DNA of 61,830 nucleotides from Candidatus Fervidifonticultor quintus (GCA_031459535.1 JAVKIJ010000002.1:1-61830), one strand, 5' to 3'; positions 9,807 to 19,421 are shown, numbered from the stretch's first letter. Notes: generated by a model from the letters alone, not told the origin. Translations and numbers: made by a program.

Positions 9807-10604
9807 ATGACGGCACAGGACGCGTTCGTGGCCCACCTGACTTGGCCCGAGTTCGCCGAGCGCATCGCCCGCGAGCCTGTCGTCATCCCGGTGGGGTCCG
9901 TCGAGCAGCACGGGCCGCATCTGCCGCTAGGAGTGGACACGTTCATCCCGTTCCACCTGGCCATCCGGCTCGCACAGCGGCTACCCCTCCTCGTGGCGCC
10001 GCCGCTGTGGTACGCCGGACCCTCGGATCCCGCAAGCGGCGGCGGCCAGCGGTTTCCCGGCACGCTGGCGATACGCGGGACGACGTTGATCGACCTGACC
10101 ACCGACGTGATCACCGAGTTCTTCCGGCAGGGAGCCCGTCACATTGTGTTGTTGAATGGCCACTTCGAGAACGCGGCCTTTCTGGCCGAGGCCGCCCGGC
10201 GCGTGTTGCCCCCGGAGGACGCCTCGGGCAGGAGGATCGTCCTCGTCAACTGGTGGGAGCACGTGCCCGACGACGTCCTGCAGCGCCTGTTCCCGGAGGG
10301 CTTCCCGGGATGGGAAGCCGAACACGCCAGCCTCACGGAGACGTCGCTGATGCAGGCCCTGGTGCCCGAGCTCGTCCACGCCGAGCGCCTGCCCCCGGAG
10401 ATGGGCCCGCGACGCCAGGCGCCCCGGCACAAGGTGTTTCCGGAGCCGTCGGGGCTGGTGCCCGCAAGTGGGATCCTGTATTCAGCGGCCGGGGCCTCGG
10501 CGGAACGGGGACAGGCACTGGTGGAGGTGCTACTCCAGGCACTCGAGGACATCTTGAGGGCGGAGTGCTCCGTCCCACCGCACGAGACCGTGGACCTCTC
10601 CTGA
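9807..10604 (+). CDS. Creatininase family protein 2 (closer to bona fide creatininase)
   Basis: SD GGAGGAG; EQHGPHLPLGVD, SGGGQRFPGT, NGHFEN, FPGWEAEH. Confidence 0.92.
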   Translation: MTAQDAFVAHLTWPEFAERIAREPVVIPVGSVEQHGPHLPLGVDTFIPFHLAIRLAQRLPLLVAPPLWYAGPSDPASGGGQRFPGTLAIRGTTLIDLTTDVITEFFRQGARHIVLLNGHFENAAFLAEAARRVLPPEDASGRRIVLVNWWEHVPDDVLQRLFPEGFPGWEAEHASLTETSLMQALVPELVHAERLPPEMGPRRQAPRHKVFPEPSGLVPASGILYSAAGASAERGQALVEVLLQALEDILRAECSVPPHETVDLS

Positions 10605-10703
10605 GGTGTGAGCCCACACGGTAGGCCACCCTTCGCCGGGCGTCACAGTCCCGGAGGACGGTCTTTCCGTGCCGGAGAAATGGCACATTGGGAGGGATGC
10701 AGA

Positions 10704-11894
10704 ATGCGAAACCTCCGTGGCAGATTTTGGTTGGTCGTTGCGGCGCTGACGACGGTGATTGTAGCCGTATCGAGCGCAGCAGTGGCCCAGCCAGCACCAC
10801 CTCCAGCCACTCAAGAATGGTTGAAGGCGGCCAGGCTGGGGCCGTACGTCGAACCCCGGTTCGATGCCGCGGCCCTGCACGAGCAGGCCCGGCGGGAAGG
10901 CGCAGTCACTGTCTACTCGTACTCATCACGGATCCACGCCATTGCCAGCACATTCGAGAAGCAGTACCCGGGGATCAAGGTCAACGCCTTCGACCTGGAC
11001 GGCGCCGAGATCATCACCAAGGTGTTGGCTGAGCAGCGGGCTCGCAATTACCAGGCCGACCTGATCTTCCTCCCCGAGGTAGCCACCGTGAAGCACCAGT
11101 TGATGCCCCGGTGGATGGTCTTCAACTACGTGCCCCCGGACCTGATCACCAAGATCCCGCGGCAGTACCGGGAGCCCCTCTTGGCGCGCCACTTCAGCTT
11201 CCGAGTCGTCTTCTACAACAGTGAACGTTACGCGAGTTCGCCGGTCAACAACCTCTGGGATCTGACCCGGCCCGAATGGAAGGGCAAGGTGATGCTCCCG
11301 GATCCGCTCAAGATTCCCGAGTATCTCTCCCTCCTGGTCACGGTCGTGCAGCGGGCCGATGAGATGGCCTCGGCGCACCAGCGGAAGTACGGTGAGCTAC
11401 GGCTCAGCCCCGGGGTCGAGAATGCCGGCTACGAGTGGATCCGGCGCCTGCTGGCCAACGACCTGATCATCGCTCCGTCCACGGACGAGGTAACCAACTC
11501 CATCGGCCGGCCCGGCCAGACCGCGCCGCCCATCGGGATCTCCGCCTGGTCGCGCATGCGCGACAAGGTCCGGCGGCCGACCCTGCGGTTCGAGCCGGCG
11601 CTGGCAATGGAACCCGTGGCGGCCGTCAGCGACCTCACGATCCTGGCCATTCCCGCCCATGCCCCGCATCCGGCCGCGGCGAAGCTGCTCATTCGCTGGA
11701 TGATGGGCGACGAGAAGGGCGGCTTGGGGTTCGAGCCATTCTACATCGAAGGACACCTGCCCACGAGGACCGATGTCCCGCCACCTCCGGGCATGCCGCT
11801 CTTGCACCACCTGAAGGTCTGGCACCAGGACTACGACGTGATCTGGAAGCAGTCCACCAGGGTGAGGGACTTCTGGTTGCGGTACCTCCGGTAG
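10704..11894 (+). CDS. ABC substrate-binding protein, AfuA/FbpA-type
   Basis: Signal peptide; FEKQYPGIKV, WDLTRPEWKGKV, APHPAAAKL. Confidence 0.85.
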   Translation: MRNLRGRFWLVVAALTTVIVAVSSAAVAQPAPPPATQEWLKAARLGPYVEPRFDAAALHEQARREGAVTVYSYSSRIHAIASTFEKQYPGIKVNAFDLDGAEIITKVLAEQRARNYQADLIFLPEVATVKHQLMPRWMVFNYVPPDLITKIPRQYREPLLARHFSFRVVFYNSERYASSPVNNLWDLTRPEWKGKVMLPDPLKIPEYLSLLVTVVQRADEMASAHQRKYGELRLSPGVENAGYEWIRRLLANDLIIAPSTDEVTNSIGRPGQTAPPIGISAWSRMRDKVRRPTLRFEPALAMEPVAAVSDLTILAIPAHAPHPAAAKLLIRWMMGDEKGGLGFEPFYIEGHLPTRTDVPPPPGMPLLHHLKVWHQDYDVIWKQSTRVRDFWLRYLR

Positions 11895-11931
11895 CCTCTG
11901 GCCCTGCGCCCGGCATCCAACTGGCGGCGGG

Positions 11932-13761
11932 ATGATGGCAACTCTCAGCCCTGCGGTCATGGTGCGCCTGCACCGCTTGCGGTTCTCGCTCGAGCGCCCC
12001 CACGTTTTCATCGGTCTGGCCCTGGGCGTGGTGCTGGCTCTGCTTGTCGTGGCGCCCATGCTTCAGCTCGTCCACACGACCCTAACCTGGAGCGACGAGG
12101 ACCTGCGGGCGCACCCGGAGGCAGAACCGGGCGCTCTGACCGCCTTCCACTGGCTGCGGACACTTGGCAGCGAGATCAGCTGGAATGTCTTCTACGTCCC
12201 GCTGGTGAACTCGCTGGTAACCGCTATTGGCGCCTCGGCCATCGCCCTGGTCGTTGGGGGTCTGCTGGCCTGGCTCGTGGCGCGGACCGATGTGTCGGGG
12301 CGCATCTGGCTGCAGACACTGGGAGTTGTGCCGTACGTCCTGCCGTCGTGGACGATTGCGCTAGTATGGCTCATCCTTTTCCGTAGCGCCCGGGCCGGGG
12401 CCGGGGTCGGGCTGTTCGAGTACGCAACTGGTGCGCCGCCGCCGGACTGGCTCGCGTACGGTCCACTGCCGATCGTGGTCGTTCTGGGACTGCACTACTT
12501 CCCTTTCACGTTCCTGGTGCTGGCGGCGGCAATGCGCGCGCAGGACGCCAGCCTCGAGGAGAGCGGTGAGGTCCTGGGTGCCCGTAGCGCGACCATCTTG
12601 CGGCGGATCACCTTTCCGTTGATGTTGCCGGCGCTGCTGTCGGCGTTCGTGCTGACCTTCTCGAAAGCGCTGGGGACTTTTGGGACGCCCTACCTGCTTG
12701 GACTGCCGGTACGCTACTTCACCCTGTCCACAATGATCTACTCCCACATCGTCAGCCGTGCGACCGCAGTGGGCTACATTCTGGCCCTGGTACTCATCGT
12801 CATCTCGGCACTGACCGTCTACGCCAACCAGCGTGCCATCGGCATCCGGCGTAGCTTCGTCACCATCACCGGTCGAGGGATGCGTACGCGGATCCAACCG
12901 CTGGGCCGCTGGCGGACCCCGGCGGCGATCTTCGCCTGGTGCGTGATCCTGGTCGCGGTCGTGGTGCCGCTAGTGCTGCTGATCTGGAACAGCCTGATGC
13001 GCTACCCTGATGATTACTCCGTGCGCAACCTGACCGGCCACTTCTGGATTGGCGGCTCCGACCTGACCATCGCAGACGGCGAAGCCGGGATCCTGCGCAA
13101 CCGGTCGATCCTCGGCGCCGCATTCAACAGCCTACGCCTGAGCCTGGCCACGGCGGTCCTCACCGGAGCCGCGGGGCTGGCGGTGGGGCTCACGGTAGTT
13201 CGTGGCCGCGGTACGCTGCTCGCCAAGATCGTCGAACAGGTATCGTTCCTCCCCTACCTGGTGCCGAGCATCGCGTTTGGGGCCATCTACCTGGCGGTGT
13301 TCCTGCGGCCCTGGGGTCCCTTGCCCGCGTTGTACGGCACCTTCACGCTGCTGGTCCTGACCTGCACCGCGAAGAACCTGCCGTTCGCTTCGCGAACCGG
13401 CATCGCAGCGCTGATGCAGGTTAGCGGGGAACTGGAGGAGGCCTCGGTGGTGTTGGGCGCGGGCCTGTGGCTGCGACTGCGCCGGATCGTGGTTCCGCTG
13501 GTGGCCAGCGGGCTGCTGTCCGGAATCCTGCTGGCGTTCATCTCGACGATGCGGGAGCTGTCGCTCATCATCCTGCTGATCACGCCAGCCACCCGTACGC
13601 TCACCACCATGACCTTCCGCTATACCGAGCAGGGTCTCCCGCAGTTCGCCAACGCGATCATCGTCCTGTTGATCGCCCTCATCTTGCTGGGCGAGATGCT
13701 GGAGCGTCGTCTGGAAGCGCGAGCGATGATGGAGCCACGGGAACGCGGGGTCCGGCTGTGA
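11932..13761 (+). CDS. ABC permease, fused two-domain FbpB/AfuB type
   Basis: Two EAA loops (LEESGEVLGA, LEEASVVLGA); about 12 TM. Confidence 0.9.
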   Translation: MMATLSPAVMVRLHRLRFSLERPHVFIGLALGVVLALLVVAPMLQLVHTTLTWSDEDLRAHPEAEPGALTAFHWLRTLGSEISWNVFYVPLVNSLVTAIGASAIALVVGGLLAWLVARTDVSGRIWLQTLGVVPYVLPSWTIALVWLILFRSARAGAGVGLFEYATGAPPPDWLAYGPLPIVVVLGLHYFPFTFLVLAAAMRAQDASLEESGEVLGARSATILRRITFPLMLPALLSAFVLTFSKALGTFGTPYLLGLPVRYFTLSTMIYSHIVSRATAVGYILALVLIVISALTVYANQRAIGIRRSFVTITGRGMRTRIQPLGRWRTPAAIFAWCVILVAVVVPLVLLIWNSLMRYPDDYSVRNLTGHFWIGGSDLTIADGEAGILRNRSILGAAFNSLRLSLATAVLTGAAGLAVGLTVVRGRGTLLAKIVEQVSFLPYLVPSIAFGAIYLAVFLRPWGPLPALYGTFTLLVLTCTAKNLPFASRTGIAALMQVSGELEEASVVLGAGLWLRLRRIVVPLVASGLLSGILLAFISTMRELSLIILLITPATRTLTTMTFRYTEQGLPQFANAIIVLLIALILLGEMLERRLEARAMMEPRERGVRL

Positions 13762-14921
13762 GTAACGAAGCCGAGCGCAAGCACACCGCCTCAGGTGCCG
13801 CGGCGAGGGTTGGCCGTGAGGTCCTCCCGCATGTGGAGCTCCAGCACGTGACCAAGCGGTTCGGACAGGTCGTGGCGGTCCGGGATCTCTCCCTGACGGT
13901 GCAGGTCGGCGAATTCCTCACCCTATTGGGCCCGTCGGGGTGCGGTAAGACCACGGTTCTTCGCATGATCGCCGGGTTGGAGCACCCTGACGAGGGGGAG
14001 ATCTGGATCAATGGTCAGCCGGTCTTCTCATGGGAGCGCGGCGTCTTTGCGCCACCCGGGTTGCGCAATCTGGGAATGGTCTTCCAAAACTTTGCACTGT
14101 GGCCGCACATGACGGTCTTTGAAAACGTGGCCTTTGGCCTTCACGTGAGACGCTGTCCGCCCGGAGAGATCTCTGGCCGCGTGGAGGAGGCGCTGAGTTA
14201 CCTGCACCTCCAGGGACTGGGTCCGCGTTATCCGCATGAGCTGAGCGGCGGCCAGCAGCAGCGTGTGGCACTGGCGAGAATGCTGGTGACTCGTCCCTCC
14301 CTGTTGTTGATGGATGAGCCGCTGTCGAACCTGGACGCCAAACTCCGCACTGCAATGCGAGCCGAGGTGAAGCGGGTGCACGTCGCCTCGGGGGCCACGA
14401 CCATCTATGTGACCCACGACCAGGTCGAGGCTCTCACGATGTCGGATCGGGTCGCAGTCATGCGGGCCGGCCAAGTCCTCCAGTGCGGCCCGCCGCAGGA
14501 ACTCTACGAGCACCCGGCCACGCTGTTCGTTGCCGACTTCGTAGGCAACCCAATGATCAACCTTCTGCGCGGCGTCGTGCGGCGCAATGGCTCGGACCGG
14601 GGCATTGCCATCGGCCCGTTGTTTGTTCCCGGGCAGGCAGAGATGGCCGACGGGGCGGAAGTCACCGTTGCCGTTCGGCCCGAAGACTGGCGTCTGGCCG
14701 GCGATGGGGCGCCGGCCGCCGTCGAGCAGGTCCAACCGACCGGGTCCGACCTTCTCCTGCTGGCACGCCTGGGTGGGGACACTGTGCTGGTACGGGCGCC
14801 CAAGGATCTCCGGATCACCCCGGGCCAGGCAATCCGGCTCGCCGTGGCCCCTCACCGCGTCAACGTCTTCGACCCGTCGACGGAGCGGGCCGTGCCGTTC
14901 CATCCGACGGGTGCGGGATGA
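13758..14921 (+). CDS. ABC ATP-binding protein (FbpC/AfuC-like)
   Basis: GPSGCGKT, LSGGQQQR, MDEPLSNLD; GTG overlaps upstream stop. Confidence 0.92.
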   Translation: MSNEAERKHTASGAAARVGREVLPHVELQHVTKRFGQVVAVRDLSLTVQVGEFLTLLGPSGCGKTTVLRMIAGLEHPDEGEIWINGQPVFSWERGVFAPPGLRNLGMVFQNFALWPHMTVFENVAFGLHVRRCPPGEISGRVEEALSYLHLQGLGPRYPHELSGGQQQRVALARMLVTRPSLLLMDEPLSNLDAKLRTAMRAEVKRVHVASGATTIYVTHDQVEALTMSDRVAVMRAGQVLQCGPPQELYEHPATLFVADFVGNPMINLLRGVVRRNGSDRGIAIGPLFVPGQAEMADGAEVTVAVRPEDWRLAGDGAPAAVEQVQPTGSDLLLLARLGGDTVLVRAPKDLRITPGQAIRLAVAPHRVNVFDPSTERAVPFHPTGAG

Positions 14922-15700
14922 CGGTCTTCCCGGACGCAGTTCCACTTCCGGTGGCGGCGGATCGCCCGGACGCCATCTTCTTCGACATGGTGGGCTGCCT
15001 CGAGGACGTGCGGTCGACGCCCGAGGACCGCGCGCGGGCACGGCGGCGGCTTCACCGCCTCCTGACCCAGATCGGGGTGCGGCTACCCCGCCGCGTCTTC
15101 GAGGCCGCGTTCATCGCCGGTCGTGAGGCGTACTACCGATGGCGCGACGAGTCGCTGCGGGAGTTGCCGCCGGAGCGGATCTGGCTGGAGTACTTCCTCC
15201 GCGATCTGCTGGACGACCAGAGCCGGCAGACAGTCGCCGCAGCGGCCGAGACCCTCATGGTAGCCTACGACGAGTCCTATTACCGACGGCGGTTACGACC
15301 CGGAGTGCGCAGGGTGCTCCAGGCCCTTCAGCGGCGCGATTACCGGCTGGGCATTATCAGCAACGTCTGCAGCCGCACGATCGTTCCCCGCAACCTCGCG
15401 AGGTACGGTATCGCAGACCGGTTCGAAGCCGTGATCCTTTCGTCGGTCTCAACGCACCGCAAGCCGGGCCCACAGATCTTCCACATTGCCGCCCAGATGC
15501 TGGGGATACCTCCACACCGATGTGCCTACGTTGGCGATACCGTCAACCGCGACATTAATGGCGCGGTGGCCGCCGGGTTTGGGATTACGGTGCTAATCCC
15601 ATCGGCGCTCACCGTAGAAAAGGACAGCGAGCTGACGTACCAGGCCGCCCCAACCCACGTGATCGGTGAGTTCCGTGAGTTGCTGGCAATCTTCCCCTGA
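14918..15700 (+). CDS. HAD-superfamily hydrolase
   Basis: IFFDMVGCL, ISN, RKPGPQIF, YVGDTVNRD motifs I-IV. Confidence 0.9.
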   Translation: MTVFPDAVPLPVAADRPDAIFFDMVGCLEDVRSTPEDRARARRRLHRLLTQIGVRLPRRVFEAAFIAGREAYYRWRDESLRELPPERIWLEYFLRDLLDDQSRQTVAAAAETLMVAYDESYYRRRLRPGVRRVLQALQRRDYRLGIISNVCSRTIVPRNLARYGIADRFEAVILSSVSTHRKPGPQIFHIAAQMLGIPPHRCAYVGDTVNRDINGAVAAGFGITVLIPSALTVEKDSELTYQAAPTHVIGEFRELLAIFP

Positions 15701-15755
15701 AGCCCCCCACGTCCATCTTGCCACTTCACTCTCCTCGGCAGCCGAGCTGCTGCTG

Positions 15756-15998
15756 TCAGCAGCCACGGCCGGCTTGCAGCCGGGAGACACAGATTCTGCG
15801 TCGTGACCTCCTGGCGACTCGATCCGAGCGGCCAGGAATCGGGCGCTCCCCCGACGAAGAGCATCGGCGTTCGCCCGCCTCCCGGATCTCCTCGGTGTAG
15901 AACCCGCCGGCGCGATCGCCGAGCGTCTCGGCAAGCCTCCGGATGAGGGTGGTCTTCCCCACGCCAGGCCGGCCGGTGATCAGCAGGATGTCAGCCAT
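15756..15998 (-). pseudogene. Truncated THEP1-family nucleoside triphosphatase
   Basis: [26 protein letters not shown] matches the family N-terminus, then similarity is lost and the frame stops at about 80 aa. Confidence 0.75.
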
Positions 15999-16164
15999 CG
16001 GCCCCTCAAGCACACTTGTACCAAGGATGGCATGACGTTCTCCACCCTATTGCGACCGCTGCGCATGCGGCCCACGGCACCGGGGCTGTGGGATAACGTG
16101 CGACCAGGGCGTCGAGCGCACCGGCGGGGCGACAAACAGTGAGGCAATAGCCGAAACCGAATCC

Positions 16165-16239
16165 TGGAGCCGGCGACGAGATTCGAACTCGTGACCTGCG
16201 CATTACGAGTGCGCTGCTCTACCGCTGAGCTACGCCGGC
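16165..16239 (-). tRNA. tRNA-Thr(CGT)
   Basis: GCCGGCG acceptor, anticodon arm GCGCA-CTCGTAA-TGCGC, TTCGAA T-loop, encoded CCA. Confidence 0.97.
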
Positions 16240-16362
16240 TCGCAACACTTCCATTGTACCAGATGGGTCTGCCCGAGAAACCTAGCCTCCGTCCGAACCG
16301 GGGAGGATTCTCCCGACCACGCGCGAACAACGCCCCCGAGAACAGCGGCGAGGTGTTTCGCC

Positions 16363-16635
16363 ATGACCGAGCGGCTATGGGACATCTATGAGCAGCTCTG
16401 TCAGATCGAGATGCGGACACTCGACGAGTTCGTCCGCCGGATCAAGTCGGGCGAGTTTGGCGAGTTTCCGCGCGAGGACGTCGTAGCCTTCCTTCGCGAG
16501 ATCGAGGCGAATATGCTCACCAGCATCCAGACCAAAGCCATGGAACACCACCGATACGCGGAAATGGCCGATGAGGTGAGCGAAGAAACCCACCAGTGGA
16601 TCGACGGCCTGATCGAAGAATTTGAGCGCGCCTGA
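16363..16635 (+). CDS. Small acidic helical hypothetical protein
   Basis: SD GAGGTG; protein-like composition, GC3-biased codons. Confidence 0.75.
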   Translation: MTERLWDIYEQLCQIEMRTLDEFVRRIKSGEFGEFPREDVVAFLREIEANMLTSIQTKAMEHHRYAEMADEVSEETHQWIDGLIEEFERA

Positions 16636-16686
16636 GCCGGCACATCCTCCCCGCCGGCCGCGTATCGGACCCCGGGCGCTCACCCG

Positions 16687-17790
16687 CTAGATCAGGAACT
16701 TCCCGTTCCGGTAGATCACCTCACCGTCGGCCCACACCTCGCTGTCTGTCCGCAGGTCACAGATCATGTCCCAGTGGAGGCCTGAGCGGTTGGTCCCGCC
16801 GGTCTCGGGGTACGCGGCGCCCAGGGCCATGTGCACGGTGCCGCCGATCTTCTCGTCGAACAGGATGTTGCGCGTGAACCGGGCAATGCCGTAGTTGGTC
16901 CCGAACGCGAACTCGCCCAGGACCCGCGCGCCGGCATCGAGGTCCAGCATGGCGCCCAGCAGGTCGGCCCCCTTGGCGGCCGTCGCCTCGACGACCCGTC
17001 CCTCGGCGAACGTGAGTGTAATCCCCTGCACTTCGCGACCGCCGTAGATGGCCGGGAACGAGAAGGTCACCCGACCCCGCGTGGCCGTCTCCAGGGGCGC
17101 CGTGAACACCTCGCCGTCGGGGAAGTTGTGCTCGCCGGCGGCGTTCTGCCACCGCCGGCCGCCGACCCGGACCACCAGATCCACGTGAGCGCCCCGCAGC
17201 CGCAGTTCGTCCTTCGTCTCCAGGAAGCGGATGATGCGGTCCTGATCCTCGCGCATCTGCTGCCAGGCCGCCACGGGGTCGGGGTGGTCGAGCAGCCCGG
17301 CCCGAAACACGAAGTCCTCGTACTCGGCCAGCGACATCTCGGCTTCCTGCGCGTCGGCCTGGGTGGGATACTGGGTCTCTACCCACCGCAGCTCGCCCGC
17401 GCCCGCGCGCTCCAGGAAGCGCTGGGTGATGGGCCGCAGGGCCTCCCGGCGCGTGGCCTGTCGCCTGGGGTCCACGCTGGTCAGCGCCCGGGTGTTGTAA
17501 TGGGCCCAGATCCCGAGCCGCGCGTCGAGCCGCTCGATCTCGAACGCCGCGACCGGGGAGACAAAGCGCAGTTGCTCATCGCTCGCGTGCTTGAAGAAGA
17601 TCTCCTGCGTCCCATCCACGCTCACGTTGGTGTAGACGTGCGCGCCCGCGGCCAGGGCCTCGCGGTACGCTTCGACAATGAGCGGCGCCGCCAGGGCTGG
17701 CCCATCGATCCGCACCAACTGCCCGGGCCTCACCGCCAGGGAGTAGTGCACCAGCACCTGCGCCAGCTGCGTCAACCGAGGATCCGCCAC
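16687..17790 (-). CDS. Aminopeptidase, M29 (AmpS/PepS) family
   Basis: NFPDGEVFTAP, GEFAFGTN, LFDEKIGGTVHMALG, SGLHWDMI; GTG start after GGAGG. Confidence 0.93.
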   Translation of the reverse strand: MADPRLTQLAQVLVHYSLAVRPGQLVRIDGPALAAPLIVEAYREALAAGAHVYTNVSVDGTQEIFFKHASDEQLRFVSPVAAFEIERLDARLGIWAHYNTRALTSVDPRRQATRREALRPITQRFLERAGAGELRWVETQYPTQADAQEAEMSLAEYEDFVFRAGLLDHPDPVAAWQQMREDQDRIIRFLETKDELRLRGAHVDLVVRVGGRRWQNAAGEHNFPDGEVFTAPLETATRGRVTFSFPAIYGGREVQGITLTFAEGRVVEATAAKGADLLGAMLDLDAGARVLGEFAFGTNYGIARFTRNILFDEKIGGTVHMALGAAYPETGGTNRSGLHWDMICDLRTDSEVWADGEVIYRNGKFLI

Positions 17791-17872
17791 GCTGCAACCT
17801 CCCCAGACGTTCTGCCTTCCCACACTATCCCGGGCCGCGGCGACTGTCCACGACCGGTGGATCCCCCGGAGG

Positions 17873-19318
17873 TCAGCGACCATCCGTCCGCCGGAATCCC
17901 GACGCCGTCCAGAGGGAGAAGCGCCTGACCTCGCGCCCCCGCACGACGATCGGCACGGCCCCACGGTAGACGGGAGCCTCGAAGTACGTCTCCGGCGGCG
18001 GAACAGTCCACCCGGAGGCGACGATCCACACCACCGAAGCGTCCGAGAACTGAGCCGGCGACGGCCACACCGAGTTCTTCAGTGGCTCGGGCACCACGGT
18101 CACGGGATAGCGCCCACGCGTGTAGTAGGTAATCTGTGCGGCGCCCTCGAAGTGCGCGGCGGGAACGGCCAGCACCACGGGCGCAGCCAGCTGCGAGGTG
18201 AGGGCGTCCACCCGCTCCGCGACCTGCGACCATCCCGCGACCGACTCGACCGCCGGGGCCGGCGTGGGCAGCCAGGGCATGAGCGGCGCCAGCACCGCGT
18301 AGGCCATCAAGACCGCATTCACGCCCACCGCCAGCGCGGCAGCCCGCCCGGGCCACAGGCCGCCCAACAGCACGGCCAGCCCCAGGTACGCCGGGCCCAG
18401 CCAGTAGCCGTGCGCGCCGCCCCAGAAGAACACGACCGCAGCCACCATGACCAGGACCGGTACGGTCATCCACAGGAGGAAGGCAACGCGCTCGTCCGTC
18501 CTGCGCCGGACGGCGGGGACGAGCATCCAGAGCAGGACGAGGAACATCACGCCGGTGAACGCCAGTTGCTCGAACGTGATGGTCCCCAACCCGGCCAGGC
18601 CGGTGGCAACCTGCTGGGAGCGCTCGCGGAAGGCGTATCTGAAGTTGGCCCATCCGTTGGCCATATTCCAGACCGGCACAGGCAGAAAGAGCGTCACGGC
18701 CACGGCGGCGCCCACGTAGCACCAGGGCCGGCGCAGCACGTCGGGCCGCCTGGTCAGGACGTAGCCGATGAGCCCGAGAGGCAAGGCCGCCATGGTCATC
18801 TTGCTCAGCATGCCCAGCCCGATCGCGCCCCCCGCCGGTACCCACCAGCGATCGTTCTCCCACAGGGCCCGCCGCGCCCAGAGCAGCGCCAGGCTCCACC
18901 ACAGGAACAGCATGGCCTCCGGGGTGGCGAACAGGCCGCCGCCGGCGAGCAGTGGCACGAGCTGATAGACACCCGCCGCGATCAGTCCGGCGCGGGCGCT
19001 GAACATGTCCCGCCCCAGCGCAAAGAGCGCCAGTGTGGTGACCACCCCTCCGATGAGCGGGCCCAGTCGCAGGAGAACCTGATGGTCACCCAACAGCGTG
19101 GTCAGACGAATCATGTAGGCCACGAACGGTGGATGGTCGAGATAGGAGAGGGCCAGGTGCTTGGACCACACCCAATAGTACGTCTCGCCGTCCAACAGGG
19201 GCACGCGGACCGCCCAGATCAGGCGTCCGGCCAGGCCCGCAGCCACGATGGCCCCGAGGGCCGACCGACTCCTGGCCGCGGCGCTCCCCCGAAAGAAGCC
19301 GCATCCAGCGCGTTGCAT
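17873..19318 (-). CDS. GT-C glycosyltransferase (ArnT/PMT, GT39/83-like) 1
   Basis: DGETYYWVWSKHL..YLDHPP; multi-TM. Confidence 0.88.
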   Translation of the reverse strand: MQRAGCGFFRGSAAARSRSALGAIVAAGLAGRLIWAVRVPLLDGETYYWVWSKHLALSYLDHPPFVAYMIRLTTLLGDHQVLLRLGPLIGGVVTTLALFALGRDMFSARAGLIAAGVYQLVPLLAGGGLFATPEAMLFLWWSLALLWARRALWENDRWWVPAGGAIGLGMLSKMTMAALPLGLIGYVLTRRPDVLRRPWCYVGAAVAVTLFLPVPVWNMANGWANFRYAFRERSQQVATGLAGLGTITFEQLAFTGVMFLVLLWMLVPAVRRRTDERVAFLLWMTVPVLVMVAAVVFFWGGAHGYWLGPAYLGLAVLLGGLWPGRAAALAVGVNAVLMAYAVLAPLMPWLPTPAPAVESVAGWSQVAERVDALTSQLAAPVVLAVPAAHFEGAAQITYYTRGRYPVTVVPEPLKNSVWPSPAQFSDASVVWIVASGWTVPPPETYFEAPVYRGAVPIVVRGREVRRFSLWTASGFRRTDGR

Positions 19319-19329
19319 CAGGACTGAAG

Positions 19330-19404
19330 TGGTGGGCGCTGCAGGGCTCGAACCTGCGGCCTCATCCGTGTGAAGGATGCGCTCTTCCGCTGAGCTAAGC
19401 GCCC
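19330..19404 (-). tRNA. tRNA-Val(CAC)
   Basis: GGGCGCT acceptor, anticodon arm CATCC-TTCACAC-GGATG, GGTTCGAG, encoded CCA. Confidence 0.97.
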
Positions 19405-19421
19405 TCGTTGACGCAAAGGTT

